A stretch of 62,678 nt of DNA, counting the filler. It is 6 parts of 6 records of this genome, joined end to end, with 100 filler letters (N's around TTAATTAATTAA, not from the genome) between each part and the next. Parts side by side here need not be neighbours in the genome. Positions count along the whole stretch, not along the records: positions 1 to 19,241 come from DRR378314_764; 5 more parts are not named here. One strand, 5' to 3'. Below the pieces are notes generated by a model, which was not told the origin of the DNA, did not search any database, and saw only the letters and a program-made list of their open reading frames with translations. Position 1 is the first letter of the stretch. Every line of letters starts with the position of its first letter. The position numbers and the translations under genes are program-made. Positions 1-8,890 of this stretch are shown here, one piece after another.

Positions 1-390
1 ATCGGTGCGCGCAAGCTGGCGGATTACGGTGAGGGTTTTCTGGCCGTTATTCTGGCGCACCAGGAAATCCATCAAGACACCCCGTCCGTGGGCAGCAGTG
101 CCTTGGAATCCGCCGCCTTGCTGCGCAAGGGGTTAACACCTGAGGAAGTCGCCGAGCAACGCGGCCTGGCCGCCAACACCATTTATCGCCACCTGAGTAA
201 TGTGATTCAAAGCGGCGGGCTGGCGCTGGAAGAAGTCGTCGACTTGAATCCCGTAACCCTGGAGCAGATCCGCACCGCCTTTGCGCACTATCCAGACCAA
301 GGGCTGAAAGTGGTTTTCGAGTCACTGGAAGGGCGTATCGATTATCCCATCCTACACTGTGTACGGGCGTCTCTGGCGGCACCACGTTAG
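1..390 (+). CDS. recQ: RecQ DNA helicase, C-terminal fragment (end of HRDC domain + C-terminal HTH), 5'-truncated
   Basis: Frame 1 is open from base 1: IGARKLADYGEGFLAVI resembles the HRDC end; then EEVAEQRGLAANTIYRHL...LKVVFESLEGRIDY resembles the RecQ C-terminal HTH. Confidence 0.75.
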   Translation: MGARKLADYGEGFLAVILAHQEIHQDTPSVGSSALESAALLRKGLTPEEVAEQRGLAANTIYRHLSNVIQSGGLALEEVVDLNPVTLEQIRTAFAHYPDQGLKVVFESLEGRIDYPILHCVRASLAAPR

Positions 391-400
391 CGCGGCGGCG

Positions 401-1411
401 TTATCGGCAATGCTCGCACCGGGCAATGGCGGCGGCATCAAACACGCCGGTATCCAAAACCCAGGCGGTGACGAGGCTGGCGGGGGTAACGTCAAAAGCC
501 GGGTTCCATACGGGAGCATCGCTGGGTGCCCACACTACGTCGCCAAAGGCACCCGAAACACCGCGTATTTCGGCGCCGTCACGCTGTTCAATAGGAATCT
601 CGGCGCCAGTGGCGCAGGCGGGATCCACCGTGGTGTAGGGTGCGACCACGTAAAACGGCACTTTATGGTAGTGGGCGGCAACGGCGAGCATGTAAGTACC
701 CACTTTGTTGGCGAGGTCACCGTTGGCGCAAATGCGGTCGGCACCGACCATGACTTTATCGACTTTCCCCGCGGCCATTAAGCTTGCGGCCATGCTGTCA
801 GCAATCAGTTGGTAGGGAATATCTAGGTCAGCCATTTCCCAAGCGGTTAAGCGGCCACCTTGCAGCAACGGGCGGGTTTCATCCACATACACATGCAGCG
901 CCACACCGCGTTGCTTGGCGATTGCCAGCGCGCCAATGGCGGTGCCAACGCCTGCGGTAGCAAGCGCCCCGGTATTGCAGTGGGTCAGGACGCGGTCACC
1001 TGATTGCAAAAGGTCGGCTCCCCGCTCGGCCATGCGCTGGCAAAGCTCGCGGTCTTCTGCAAACAGTTCAGCGGCACGCTCAGCCAAGGCGGCAACCCCT
1101 TGCTCAAAGCAGGCTTCCATGGCATCCAGGCAGTACATCAGGTTCACTGCGGTGGGACGCGTGGCGCGTAAGCGATCACTTACCAACTGCCAATCACTTT
1201 GCGGATGACGCGCGGCGTATTGAGCCAGCACGAAAGCAGCGCTCAAACCAATCAGCGGTGCGCCGCGAATCGCTAAGCTTTTTACCGCTACCTGCCACGT
1301 TTCTGGCGAGTCACAGCGCACCCACTGTTCCATCTGGGGCAGTTGGGTTTGATCCAAATACTCAAGGTAGTCGGCATAGACCCGTAAACTGCGTGACTGT
1401 AAGTGTGGCAT
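401..1411 (-). CDS. mtnA: Methylthioribose-1-phosphate isomerase
   Basis: Motifs IRGAPLIG, RPTAVNL, THCNTGALATAG, DETRPLLQGGRLTAWE, NKVGTY, NPAFDVTP. Confidence 0.96.
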   Translation of the reverse strand: MPHLQSRSLRVYADYLEYLDQTQLPQMEQWVRCDSPETWQVAVKSLAIRGAPLIGLSAAFVLAQYAARHPQSDWQLVSDRLRATRPTAVNLMYCLDAMEACFEQGVAALAERAAELFAEDRELCQRMAERGADLLQSGDRVLTHCNTGALATAGVGTAIGALAIAKQRGVALHVYVDETRPLLQGGRLTAWEMADLDIPYQLIADSMAASLMAAGKVDKVMVGADRICANGDLANKVGTYMLAVAAHYHKVPFYVVAPYTTVDPACATGAEIPIEQRDGAEIRGVSGAFGDVVWAPSDAPVWNPAFDVTPASLVTAWVLDTGVFDAAAIARCEHCR

Positions 1412-1522
1412 TGCTGGACTCCTTGAGCACTCGAACTTGACTAGCAGAACAACGGCGCGGCTTATCAGGCGCGAAGCTTATCATATAGAATGGCTGCTAC
1501 TAGATGAGGCGACGCAGATCCT

Positions 1523-2113
1523 ATGATGACGCTACAAACTGAACTGCTGGCCGCCATTTCATGGGCGGCGCAGCAAGGCTGGACACCCGCCACCGGCGGT
1601 AACTTTTCCGCCCGTACCGAGGCGGGCTATCTTGTCACCGCTTCTGGCCGAGATAAAACCCGCATTCAGGCCGATGACCTCTTGCTCTGCAACCTGGATG
1701 GCAAGGTGCTATCCGGTGATGGGAAACCTAGCGCGGAAAGTGATCTTCACGCTGCGCTTTATCGGCTAGACCCGACCATTAACTGCGTGCTGCATACCCA
1801 TACCCTAGCCAGCACTGTGCTGTCACGGCGCTTTCCAAACGGCATTGAGCTAAGTGGCTTCGAGATGCAAAAAGCTCTGCAGGGCAACGTGACTCATGAT
1901 GCCTCGGTTCTTTTACCTGTGGTACCAAATTCCCAAGATATGGACGAGCTAGCGGAGCATGTACGCCTCGGCTGGCCGATGCCCTGGGGCTTTTTGGTAG
2001 CGGGGCACGGTATTTATGCCGTGGGCGATAGCATCGCTAGTTGCCGTCGGCACTTGGAAGCCATTGAATTTTTACTGTCCTGTGTACTTGAAGAGAGCCG
2101 GTGGTCTAAATGA
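1523..2113 (+). CDS. mtnB: Methylthioribulose-1-phosphate dehydratase
   Basis: GWTPATGGNFS, KPSAE..LH, HTH and GHG class II aldolase-fold motifs; co-operonic with mtnC and mtnD. Confidence 0.93.
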   Translation: MMTLQTELLAAISWAAQQGWTPATGGNFSARTEAGYLVTASGRDKTRIQADDLLLCNLDGKVLSGDGKPSAESDLHAALYRLDPTINCVLHTHTLASTVLSRRFPNGIELSGFEMQKALQGNVTHDASVLLPVVPNSQDMDELAEHVRLGWPMPWGFLVAGHGIYAVGDSIASCRRHLEAIEFLLSCVLEESRWSK

Positions 2114-2796
2114 GTAACCCAGCTGTTCGCGCCGTTGTAACCGATATCGAAGGCACCACCACGGATATTAACTTCGTGCATAAGGTGCTGTTTCCCTACG
2201 CCCAGGCCAAACTGCCCGGCTTTCTACGCGCGAATGCAGACACACCTGCGGTTGCCGAGCAAATTAGCGCCGTGCGCAGTGAAATGGATGCCCCTGATGC
2301 CACGCTGGATGCCGTCATTGCGCAGTTACTGCACTGGATCGAGACCGACCAAAAAGTCACGCCGCTGAAAGCACTGCAAGGCATGGTGTGGGCCGATGGC
2401 TATCAACGTGGCGATTTTAAAGGCCATTTGTATAACGATGTAGCCCCAGCACTGCGCCAGTGGCAGCAGGCAGGCAAAGCGCTATACGTGTATTCGTCAG
2501 GTTCCGTGCAGGCGCAGAAACTGCTGTTTGGCTACAGCGAAGAAGGCGACTTAACCCCCCTGTTTAGCGGCTACTTCGACACCCATATTGGCCATAAGCG
2601 CGAAGCCACGGCCTATCAGCGAATTATCGCTGAGCTTGACCTACCGCCGGAAGCGGTGCTGTTCTTATCGGACGTGGTCGAAGAGCTGGACGCCGCCAAG
2701 CAGGCGGGCATGCAGACCCTGCAGTTAGTTCGCGAAGGCACCCAGGCGGGCAATAGCCACGCGTGCGTTACCCGCTTTGATGAAATTGCGCTTTAG
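2110..2796 (+). CDS. mtnC: Enolase-phosphatase E1 (acireductone synthase)
   Basis: HAD motif DIEGTT, LFPYA, LKALQG, YSSGSVQAQKLLF, FLSD; ATGA overlap with mtnB. Confidence 0.96.
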   Translation: MSNPAVRAVVTDIEGTTTDINFVHKVLFPYAQAKLPGFLRANADTPAVAEQISAVRSEMDAPDATLDAVIAQLLHWIETDQKVTPLKALQGMVWADGYQRGDFKGHLYNDVAPALRQWQQAGKALYVYSSGSVQAQKLLFGYSEEGDLTPLFSGYFDTHIGHKREATAYQRIIAELDLPPEAVLFLSDVVEELDAAKQAGMQTLQLVREGTQAGNSHACVTRFDEIAL

Positions 2797-2807
2797 GAGA
2801 GCCTAGA

Positions 2808-3356
2808 ATGTCGCAACTGAAAGTATTTGCTGATCAGAACCCTAACAATGCCCTGCTGGACATCACCGACGGCGAGCAGATAACTGCTGAGCTGAACAAG
2901 GTGGGTGTGCTGTTTGAGCGCTGGGCAACGCCAGGCGAGATTGCCGACGATGCCACCCAGGAAGATATTCTGGCGCTCTACCAAGACGATATCGACCGGG
3001 TGAAAGCCATGGGCGGCTACCAAACCGTTGATGTGCTGCACATGGTGCCCACGCACCCAGACAAAGACGCCATGCGCCAGAAGTTCTTAAACGAACACCG
3101 CCATCACGAAGACGAAGTACGCTTCTTCGTCAAGGGCCAGGGGCTTTTCTGCCTGCATATTGAAGACACGGTGTATCAGGTACTGTGTACCCGCAATGAC
3201 CTGATCAGCGTACCCGCGAACACGCCCCATTGGTTCGATATGGGTCCAGCGCCAGAGTTCACTGCGCTGCGCTTCTTCGATAACGTAGAAGGCTGGGTGC
3301 CTCACTGGACAGAGAGCGATATCGCCGGGAAGTTTGATCGCCTGGATCAGTTGTAA
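2808..3356 (+). CDS. mtnD: Acireductone dioxygenase
   Basis: Cupin motif FLNEHRHHEDEVRFFV and HWFDMG; AGGAG RBS. Confidence 0.96.
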   Translation: MSQLKVFADQNPNNALLDITDGEQITAELNKVGVLFERWATPGEIADDATQEDILALYQDDIDRVKAMGGYQTVDVLHMVPTHPDKDAMRQKFLNEHRHHEDEVRFFVKGQGLFCLHIEDTVYQVLCTRNDLISVPANTPHWFDMGPAPEFTALRFFDNVEGWVPHWTESDIAGKFDRLDQL

Positions 3357-3394
3357 GTTGTGAATAGTAAATCGTAAGTAGTGAATCGTGGGAG
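3353..3394 (+). repeat. Degenerate 7-bp tandem repeat (5-6 units)
   Basis: GTAAGTT GTGAATA GTAAATC GTAAGTA GTGAATC GTGGGAG, starting at the mtnD stop codon. Confidence 0.6.
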
Positions 3395-3405
3395 ATAGCA
3401 CCGCC

Positions 3406-3540
3406 CGCGGGTGCCTCATACGCTCGTCCCTCGCGAGATTCGTTACACCGCGCTACGGGGCTTTACAATAGTTGAGTTGGGCTCATTATGTAGCGCGGCG
3501 TAAGCGTCAGCGCACCCGCGAAGCAACGCGCCAGCGTTGC
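3406..3540. repeat. Inverted pair of GTAG-type REP-like elements plus a small hairpin
   Basis: 3490-3520 GTAGCGCGGCGTAAGCGTCAGCGCACCCGCG; 3406-3456 reads GTAGCGCGGTGTAA...GCACCCGCG on the minus strand; hairpin GCAACGC-GCCA-GCGTTGC at 3523-3540. Confidence 0.7.
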
Positions 3541-3614
3541 CGAGGTTGGCACCGAGGCCGGATCAGCCACAGCGCCATTATCAAGAAGTCCATTATATCG
3601 AGAGGGGTAAGCGT

Positions 3615-4880
3615 TTATAACACCTCTTGCTGGTTATACGTCTTGGCAAGCTCCGCCAGCGCGGCAAGATCACAGTAAGCTTCAGGCTGCATAATTAACG
3701 CTTGGCCCATCAGCACATTGCGTGCTTCAAGCTTAGCGCGTAGTGCGGTGTCTTCGATCTCTTCAAAGTCGGCGTTGTGGGCCAGCGATAAAACGCGGCG
3801 ATGCATTTCAATACCGCAATAAGCCAGTGCATCCAGGCGAATCTCTTCAAGCAGTGCATCGCAGGCGTCATCGGCACTATTGCCCTGGGCTTCAAACAGC
3901 GCCCGGGGGAACAGAATGCCGGTGCGTTCGGTTTGCCATAGATGGCGGAACTCGGCATCAAAGCGGGTAAAGCACGCTTCAATCACGTCAAGAATCCACG
4001 CTTGGTAGGCATCAAGCTCATCGGCTTGGCGGTGGGCGGGCTGGCTGAAATAGGCCATCAGGAAGTTGGCAACGGCCATGCCTAGATCAAAGGCCATTGG
4101 GCCATACTGGGAAAACTCGGGATCAATCACCCGCACATCCGACTCAGTGGCCATAATTGACCCAGAGTGCAAATCACCGTGCAACATGGTTTCCGTGTTC
4201 GCAGTGAACTTCATCAACAGCCGCTGCACTTTAGCTTTTAAGCGCGCATTACGGCGCAGTTCATCCACTACCGGCGAAAGCTCTGGCGTATGGCGGTTCA
4301 TTTCGGCGCCATAATAGGGATCGGTAAACACTAGGGATTCGGTAATCGCAGGAATCGCCACGTTGCCTGAAAACAGCCCCACGTCGGCTTTCTTCTCAGG
4401 GCTGCTTAAGGAGAGTTCCGAGCCACGAAACGCCATGCGCGCACAGAATTCACCGATGGTTTCGCCAAGCTGAGCAACCCGCTCACCGCTGATCAGTTTA
4501 CGACGCAGAATCGTGTGCGGGTAAAGGTACTCCATGACAATCAGCGCTTGGGGCTTGTCGAAATAGAACACCTCAGGGGCGATGCCCGGCGCACGCTGGG
4601 CTTGGCGTACCAGGGCGTAATACTCAAAGTGGGCGCGATAAAGTGGCAGCGGCCAGCTCTCACCGACCATACGCACATAGGGTAGCGCTTGTTTTACCAC
4701 CACGCTTCCCGCACTCCCCGATACAATGAACACCAAGTTGAGATTGCCATCCCCTACTTCGCGAATCTGCCACTGCTCAGGGTTGGCGCCCACTCGGCTT
4801 GCCACTGCCTCGACACTCCCCAACCGCTGGGCCAGAGTATCTACCTCTAACGCTTGATAGGCCTGTTCGTGTGCCACCAT
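3615..4880 (-). CDS. mtnK: 5-methylthioribose kinase
   Basis: EVGDGNLNLVF, KQALPYVR.VGESWPL, HGDLHSGS, VIDPEF, GPMAFDLG; ATG at 4880 with a GAGGAA RBS is preferred over 4916. Confidence 0.95.
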   Translation of the reverse strand: MVAHEQAYQALEVDTLAQRLGSVEAVASRVGANPEQWQIREVGDGNLNLVFIVSGSAGSVVVKQALPYVRMVGESWPLPLYRAHFEYYALVRQAQRAPGIAPEVFYFDKPQALIVMEYLYPHTILRRKLISGERVAQLGETIGEFCARMAFRGSELSLSSPEKKADVGLFSGNVAIPAITESLVFTDPYYGAEMNRHTPELSPVVDELRRNARLKAKVQRLLMKFTANTETMLHGDLHSGSIMATESDVRVIDPEFSQYGPMAFDLGMAVANFLMAYFSQPAHRQADELDAYQAWILDVIEACFTRFDAEFRHLWQTERTGILFPRALFEAQGNSADDACDALLEEIRLDALAYCGIEMHRRVLSLAHNADFEEIEDTALRAKLEARNVLMGQALIMQPEAYCDLAALAELAKTYNQQEVL

Positions 4881-5008
4881 TTTATTCCTCACGAAAAATG
4901 CGTTTTTATTTGTCACACTGGGGAATGGTTGTCAAACACCTTCATACGCAAGCGTAGCGAAACCGTCATAACACGATTAGCCCAGCAACCGACGACAAGG
5001 AGAGCACG

Positions 5009-5293
5009 ATGCAACGTCAGCAAGACCCATCAACAAACGATTGGACATTTACTATTGGTCATCGCGAGCTAATCGTTCACCGTCGTTATGAAGTACTAAG
5101 CATAATGAACGACTTCATGATTGGCATTTGGTTTACTATCGGCAGCATCTGCTTTTTTTACAGCGGCACGATACTGACCGTCGGCGTATGGCTATTTGTG
5201 CTTGGTAGTGTACAGCTCTTGATACGCCCAGCGATTCGTTTACACCGCTACGTCTATTTCAAGCAGTTACCCGATACTGATCACGATGCTTAA
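5009..5293 (+). CDS. YrhK-family small membrane protein
   Basis: RYEVLSIMNDFMIGIWFTIGSICFF...GVWLFVLGSVQLLIRPAIRL; AGGAGAG RBS. Confidence 0.8.
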   Translation: MQRQQDPSTNDWTFTIGHRELIVHRRYEVLSIMNDFMIGIWFTIGSICFFYSGTILTVGVWLFVLGSVQLLIRPAIRLHRYVYFKQLPDTDHDA

Positions 5294-5305
5294 GATGTCT
5301 CATCG

Positions 5306-6058
5306 TTAGCTTAAAAATCGCACTCCTCTCGCGGCCAGAGGGCTGCGCAACCTATCCGGTAGCGGGCTATCAGTAATCACCGCATGATAGTCAGCAAGCT
5401 GGCCAGCGGCACAGCGCAGCGGTAGGTCGAATTTGGTTTTATCCAGCACCAGAATGCGATAGGCGGCATGGGATAGCAGCGCTTCGCGAGCCATAACTTC
5501 GTCATCATTGTAGTCATATAAATGGCCATCACTGTCCATGCCGCCCACTGAGACAATGCCGACATCCACCCGGTAGCGTTGAAAGAAGCGCCAGGCATCG
5601 CCGCCAATCACATCTTGATCACGCCGCCGTACCCGCCCACCCGCTACCACCAGCTCGCATTCCATGGTGCACAGTTTGATGAGTGCGTGCAGGTTATTGG
5701 TCATAATCTGCAGACCTTGCTTATCGCGTAAGGCGTCAGCCAGTTGCTCTACCGTGGTACCGGTACCTAAAAATAGCGATTGGTGATGCTGAACCAGCGA
5801 AGCGGCCTGGCGGGCAATCTGACGCTTACCCGCTTGATTAACGATTTGGCGCTGATCGTAGCCAATATTCTCCTGATCGGGAAATGGCAACACTTCTCCG
5901 TGGCGACGCAATACCAGCCCTTGCTCAGCCAAGACACGAACATCCCCACGCAGTGTTTGTATCGACACATCAAACTGGCCAGCTAGCGATTCCAGGGGCT
6001 GGCGACCTTGCTGGCGCACCTGTGCCAACACGGCACGGCGGCGCTCGTTTAAGCCCAT
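5306..6058 (-). CDS. DeoR/GlpR-family transcriptional regulator
   Basis: N-terminal HTH (FDVSIQTLRGDVRVL, LRRHG), KRQIARQAA, GTGTT, MTNN, DKTKF; start at ATG 6058 or GTG 6082. Confidence 0.92.
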   Translation of the reverse strand: MGLNERRRAVLAQVRQQGRQPLESLAGQFDVSIQTLRGDVRVLAEQGLVLRRHGEVLPFPDQENIGYDQRQIVNQAGKRQIARQAASLVQHHQSLFLGTGTTVEQLADALRDKQGLQIMTNNLHALIKLCTMECELVVAGGRVRRRDQDVIGGDAWRFFQRYRVDVGIVSVGGMDSDGHLYDYNDDEVMAREALLSHAAYRILVLDKTKFDLPLRCAAGQLADYHAVITDSPLPDRLRSPLAARGVRFLS

Positions 6059-6090
6059 TATTTTCTTCACGTCGGCGACCACCTTAGTAA

Positions 6091-6139
6091 CGAAAGCCTT
6101 TTTTTGACAGGCGAAAGCCTACCGCCATCAAACGAAAGC
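6091..6139. promoter_or_regulatory. Three phased direct repeats, putative DeoR operator
   Basis: CGAAAGC at 6091, 6112 and 6133, exactly 21 bp apart, in the divergent intergenic region. Confidence 0.6.
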
Positions 6140-6142
6140 GTA

Positions 6143-6176
6143 GTGTCACGATGTTGTAAGGCGATGACAGTAGTGT
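6143..6176 (+). promoter_or_regulatory. Pho box plus -10 element (putative PhoB-activated promoter)
   Basis: GTGTCACGATGTTGTAAG (TGTCA and TGTAA 11 bp apart), 10-bp spacer, then TAGTGT; same layout as the E. coli phoA promoter. Confidence 0.7.
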
Positions 6177-6206
6177 GATCAGTGTTCACCTACTGGAGGT
6201 TTTACG

Positions 6207-7187
6207 ATGTTGAAGCGCTCACTGTGCACTGCCGTTACGCTTGCAAGCTTTGCTCTATCGTCGTCACTGCTGGCTGATGACAAATTGGTGCTCTATACCA
6301 GCCAACCGAATAGCGATGCCCAACAAACCGTGGATGCCTTTCAGGCCGCCTATCCTGATATTGAGGTGGAGTGGGTACGCGATGGCACCACTCGCCTGAT
6401 GACTCGCCTACGCTCAGAGCTTTCCGCGGGTGTCAGCAACCCAGACGTACTATTAATTGCTGACAGCATGACCATGACCTCACTCAAGCAAGAGGGCCAT
6501 TTGCAGGCTTACCTCAGCCCAGAGCGGGAGGCTTATGATGAGGCGCTATACGATCCGGAAGGCTACTTCTACGGCACCAAACTGATCACCACAGGGATTG
6601 TGTATAACACCGCTGCCGAACATCAGCCGCAGCGTTGGCAAGATCTGACGGGGCCTGACTATGAAGGCCTGGTAACAATGCCAAGCCCGCTCTATTCCGG
6701 CGCAGCGCTGATTCATATGGCTGCGCTGAGCGACAACCCCGACCTTGGAATGGGCTACTACGAGGCGCTGCAAGCTAATCGTGCAGAAGCTCAGGGCGGG
6801 AATGGCGGCGTGTTCAATGCCGTTGCCTCAGGCACGAAGCCCTACGGTATCGTGGTGGATTTCCTGCCGATTCGCGAGGCCGCCAAGGGTTCACCGGTTG
6901 AGTTTGTCTTCCCTGCAGAGGGCGTTAGTGCGGTCACCGAGCCTGTCGCAATTATGCAGGGTGCCAACAACCCGGACGCCGCGCAGAAATTTGTCGATTT
7001 CGTGCTTTCTCAACAAGGCCAGGAACTCGTCAGCCAGCAAGGCTACCTGCCTGCCCACCCGGCTGTTGCACCGCCTGAAGGCTTTCCCGCTCGTGATGCT
7101 ATCCAGCTAATGCCGATCAATATTGAGCAAGCACTGGAGCAGGAAGAGACGTTGAAGCAGCGCTTTAGCGACCTGTTTGGCGGCTAA
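6207..7187 (+). CDS. ABC transporter substrate-binding protein (AfuA/FbpA/PhnS-like family)
   Basis: Signal peptide, LVLYTS, PSPLYSG, FVFPAEG, AAQKFVDFVLS; GGAGG RBS. Confidence 0.9.
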   Translation: MLKRSLCTAVTLASFALSSSLLADDKLVLYTSQPNSDAQQTVDAFQAAYPDIEVEWVRDGTTRLMTRLRSELSAGVSNPDVLLIADSMTMTSLKQEGHLQAYLSPEREAYDEALYDPEGYFYGTKLITTGIVYNTAAEHQPQRWQDLTGPDYEGLVTMPSPLYSGAALIHMAALSDNPDLGMGYYEALQANRAEAQGGNGGVFNAVASGTKPYGIVVDFLPIREAAKGSPVEFVFPAEGVSAVTEPVAIMQGANNPDAAQKFVDFVLSQQGQELVSQQGYLPAHPAVAPPEGFPARDAIQLMPINIEQALEQEETLKQRFSDLFGG

Positions 7188-7189
7188 CC

Positions 7190-8890
7190 ATGACACCGTC
7201 GCTTAACGTTGGCAGCCAGCATCGCTGGCTGCTCAGCCTAATCACACTCACGGTGGTGCTATTAAGCCTAGCGCCTAGCCTGCGGCTACTGGCTGAGGCA
7301 CTTAGTGACCTTGGCCAGGGCAGCGAATCACCGCTATGGAAGGTGCTTAACGCAGCGAGTACCTGGCGAGCGCTGTGGCACAGTGTGTATACCTCAGGTC
7401 TTGGAATGTTGATTGCTCTGGTGCTGGGTAGCCTATTCGCCTTCGTGATTACGCTGACCGACATCCGTGGCAAAGCATGGCTCGTGTTCTGCTTTATGCT
7501 GCCGATGATGATTCCTCCCCAGGTGACGGCACTGAGCTGGCTACAGCTGTTCGGCCCCGCCAGCCCGTTGCTGAAAAGCATTGGTATGGCACCGCCGCTG
7601 GGCAGCCCTCAGCCGCTCTACTCAGCTGAAGGCATTGCTCTGTTGCTAGGGATTCAGAGCGCACCGCTGGTCTTTTTAGCACTGCGCACCTCACTGATCT
7701 CACTCCCCCGCGAGCTTATCGAAGCAGCCCGTATCAGCGGCGCGCGCCAGACCCAAGTCTGGGGGCAGATTATTTTGCCAGTCACTCGGCACGGTTTAAT
7801 CGCCGGGGCGGCGATGGCGTTTATTTCTAGCCTGGGCAACTTCGGTATCCCTGCCATGCTGGGGATTCCTGCGGGCTACTACGTGTTACCGACGCTGATC
7901 TACCAGCGTATGGCTAGCTTTGGTACCGGCGTGCTGGCGGAAATGGCAGCGCTATCGTTATTGATTGGTGTGCTGGCACTGGCAGGGGTTGCCTTGCAGC
8001 AGTACTGGATGAATCGCAGCCGCTTTGGCTTAGGCGGCCATAGCGGTCGCTCTCATGACTTTACCCTGGGCCGCTTTCGGCCAGCGGTGACGACCGCACT
8101 CGTCGGCGTTTTATTGGTGATTCTCGTCGCGCCACTCGCAGCGCTGGTGGTCAGCTCATTGGTGCCCGCCATGGGCGTTCCCCTTAGCTTCGATAGCGTG
8201 ACGTTAAACGCCTATCACGAAGTGATTGGCCGCCAAGGCGCCACCTGGCGCGCTGTACGCAACAGCCTATGGCTAGCAGGCGGTGCCGCGCTGGTGCTTA
8301 TGCTGTGCAGCCTGCCGCTAGCGTATCGCCTGCAGCGGCTGCCACCCCGCCTCCAGCAACTGACGCTCAGCGCTATTGAGCTGCCCTACGCGCTGCCTGG
8401 TGTAGTGCTGGCGATCGCCTGCATTTTGCTGTTCGTACGCCCTCTGCCGCTGATCAACGTTGCGCTCTACGGCACGCTCGGGCTGATCTTTGTGGCCTAT
8501 CTGGCGCGTTTCTTAGTGGTATGCCTCAAACCCGTTAGCGCCAGCCTGGCCCAGCTTGATCCCTCCTTGGAAGAAGCCGCACAACTGGCGGGGGCAGGCC
8601 CGTGGCGGCGGCTAACCACGATCGTACTGCCACTGATTGCACCATCGCTATTTGCCGGGGGGCTGTTGGTCTTCCTGCTGGCGGTGAACGAGCTGACGGT
8701 ATCGGCACTGCTTTGGAGCGCTGGCAACGAAACGCTGGGCGTATTGATTTTTAACCTTGATGAGGGCGGTGAGAGCGTGCTGGCATCTGCGGTATCGGTA
8801 CTGGTGGTCTTGATGGTCGCCACGCTGATGCTGTCGCTCAGCCTGCTCGCCCCTCGTTTACCCAAAGGAGTCGTGCCATGGCAGGGCTAG
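7190..8890 (+). CDS. ABC transporter permease, fused two-domain FbpB/AfuB type
   Basis: Two EAA loops (EAARISGA, EEAAQLAGA); about 12 hydrophobic segments. Confidence 0.92.
   Translation: MTPSLNVGSQHRWLLSLITLTVVLLSLAPSLRLLAEALSDLGQGSESPLWKVLNAASTWRALWHSVYTSGLGMLIALVLGSLFAFVITLTDIRGKAWLVFCFMLPMMIPPQVTALSWLQLFGPASPLLKSIGMAPPLGSPQPLYSAEGIALLLGIQSAPLVFLALRTSLISLPRELIEAARISGARQTQVWGQIILPVTRHGLIAGAAMAFISSLGNFGIPAMLGIPAGYYVLPTLIYQRMASFGTGVLAEMAALSLLIGVLALAGVALQQYWMNRSRFGLGGHSGRSHDFTLGRFRPAVTTALVGVLLVILVAPLAALVVSSLVPAMGVPLSFDSVTLNAYHEVIGRQGATWRAVRNSLWLAGGAALVLMLCSLPLAYRLQRLPPRLQQLTLSAIELPYALPGVVLAIACILLFVRPLPLINVALYGTLGLIFVAYLARFLVVCLKPVSASLAQLDPSLEEAAQLAGAGPWRRLTTIVLPLIAPSLFAGGLLVFLLAVNELTVSALLWSAGNETLGVLIFNLDEGGESVLASAVSVLVVLMVATLMLSLSLLAPRLPKGVVPWQG

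Noticed and set aside
1412-1522. SAM riboswitch or MetJ box for the mtn genes
   Set aside because: No recognisable SAM riboswitch core or tandem AGACGTCT boxes by eye; an Rfam scan would be needed to exclude it fully.
3353-3540. Possible CRISPR array
   Set aside because: The repeats are 7-mers or an inverted pair, not direct repeats with unique spacers, and no cas genes are present in the window.
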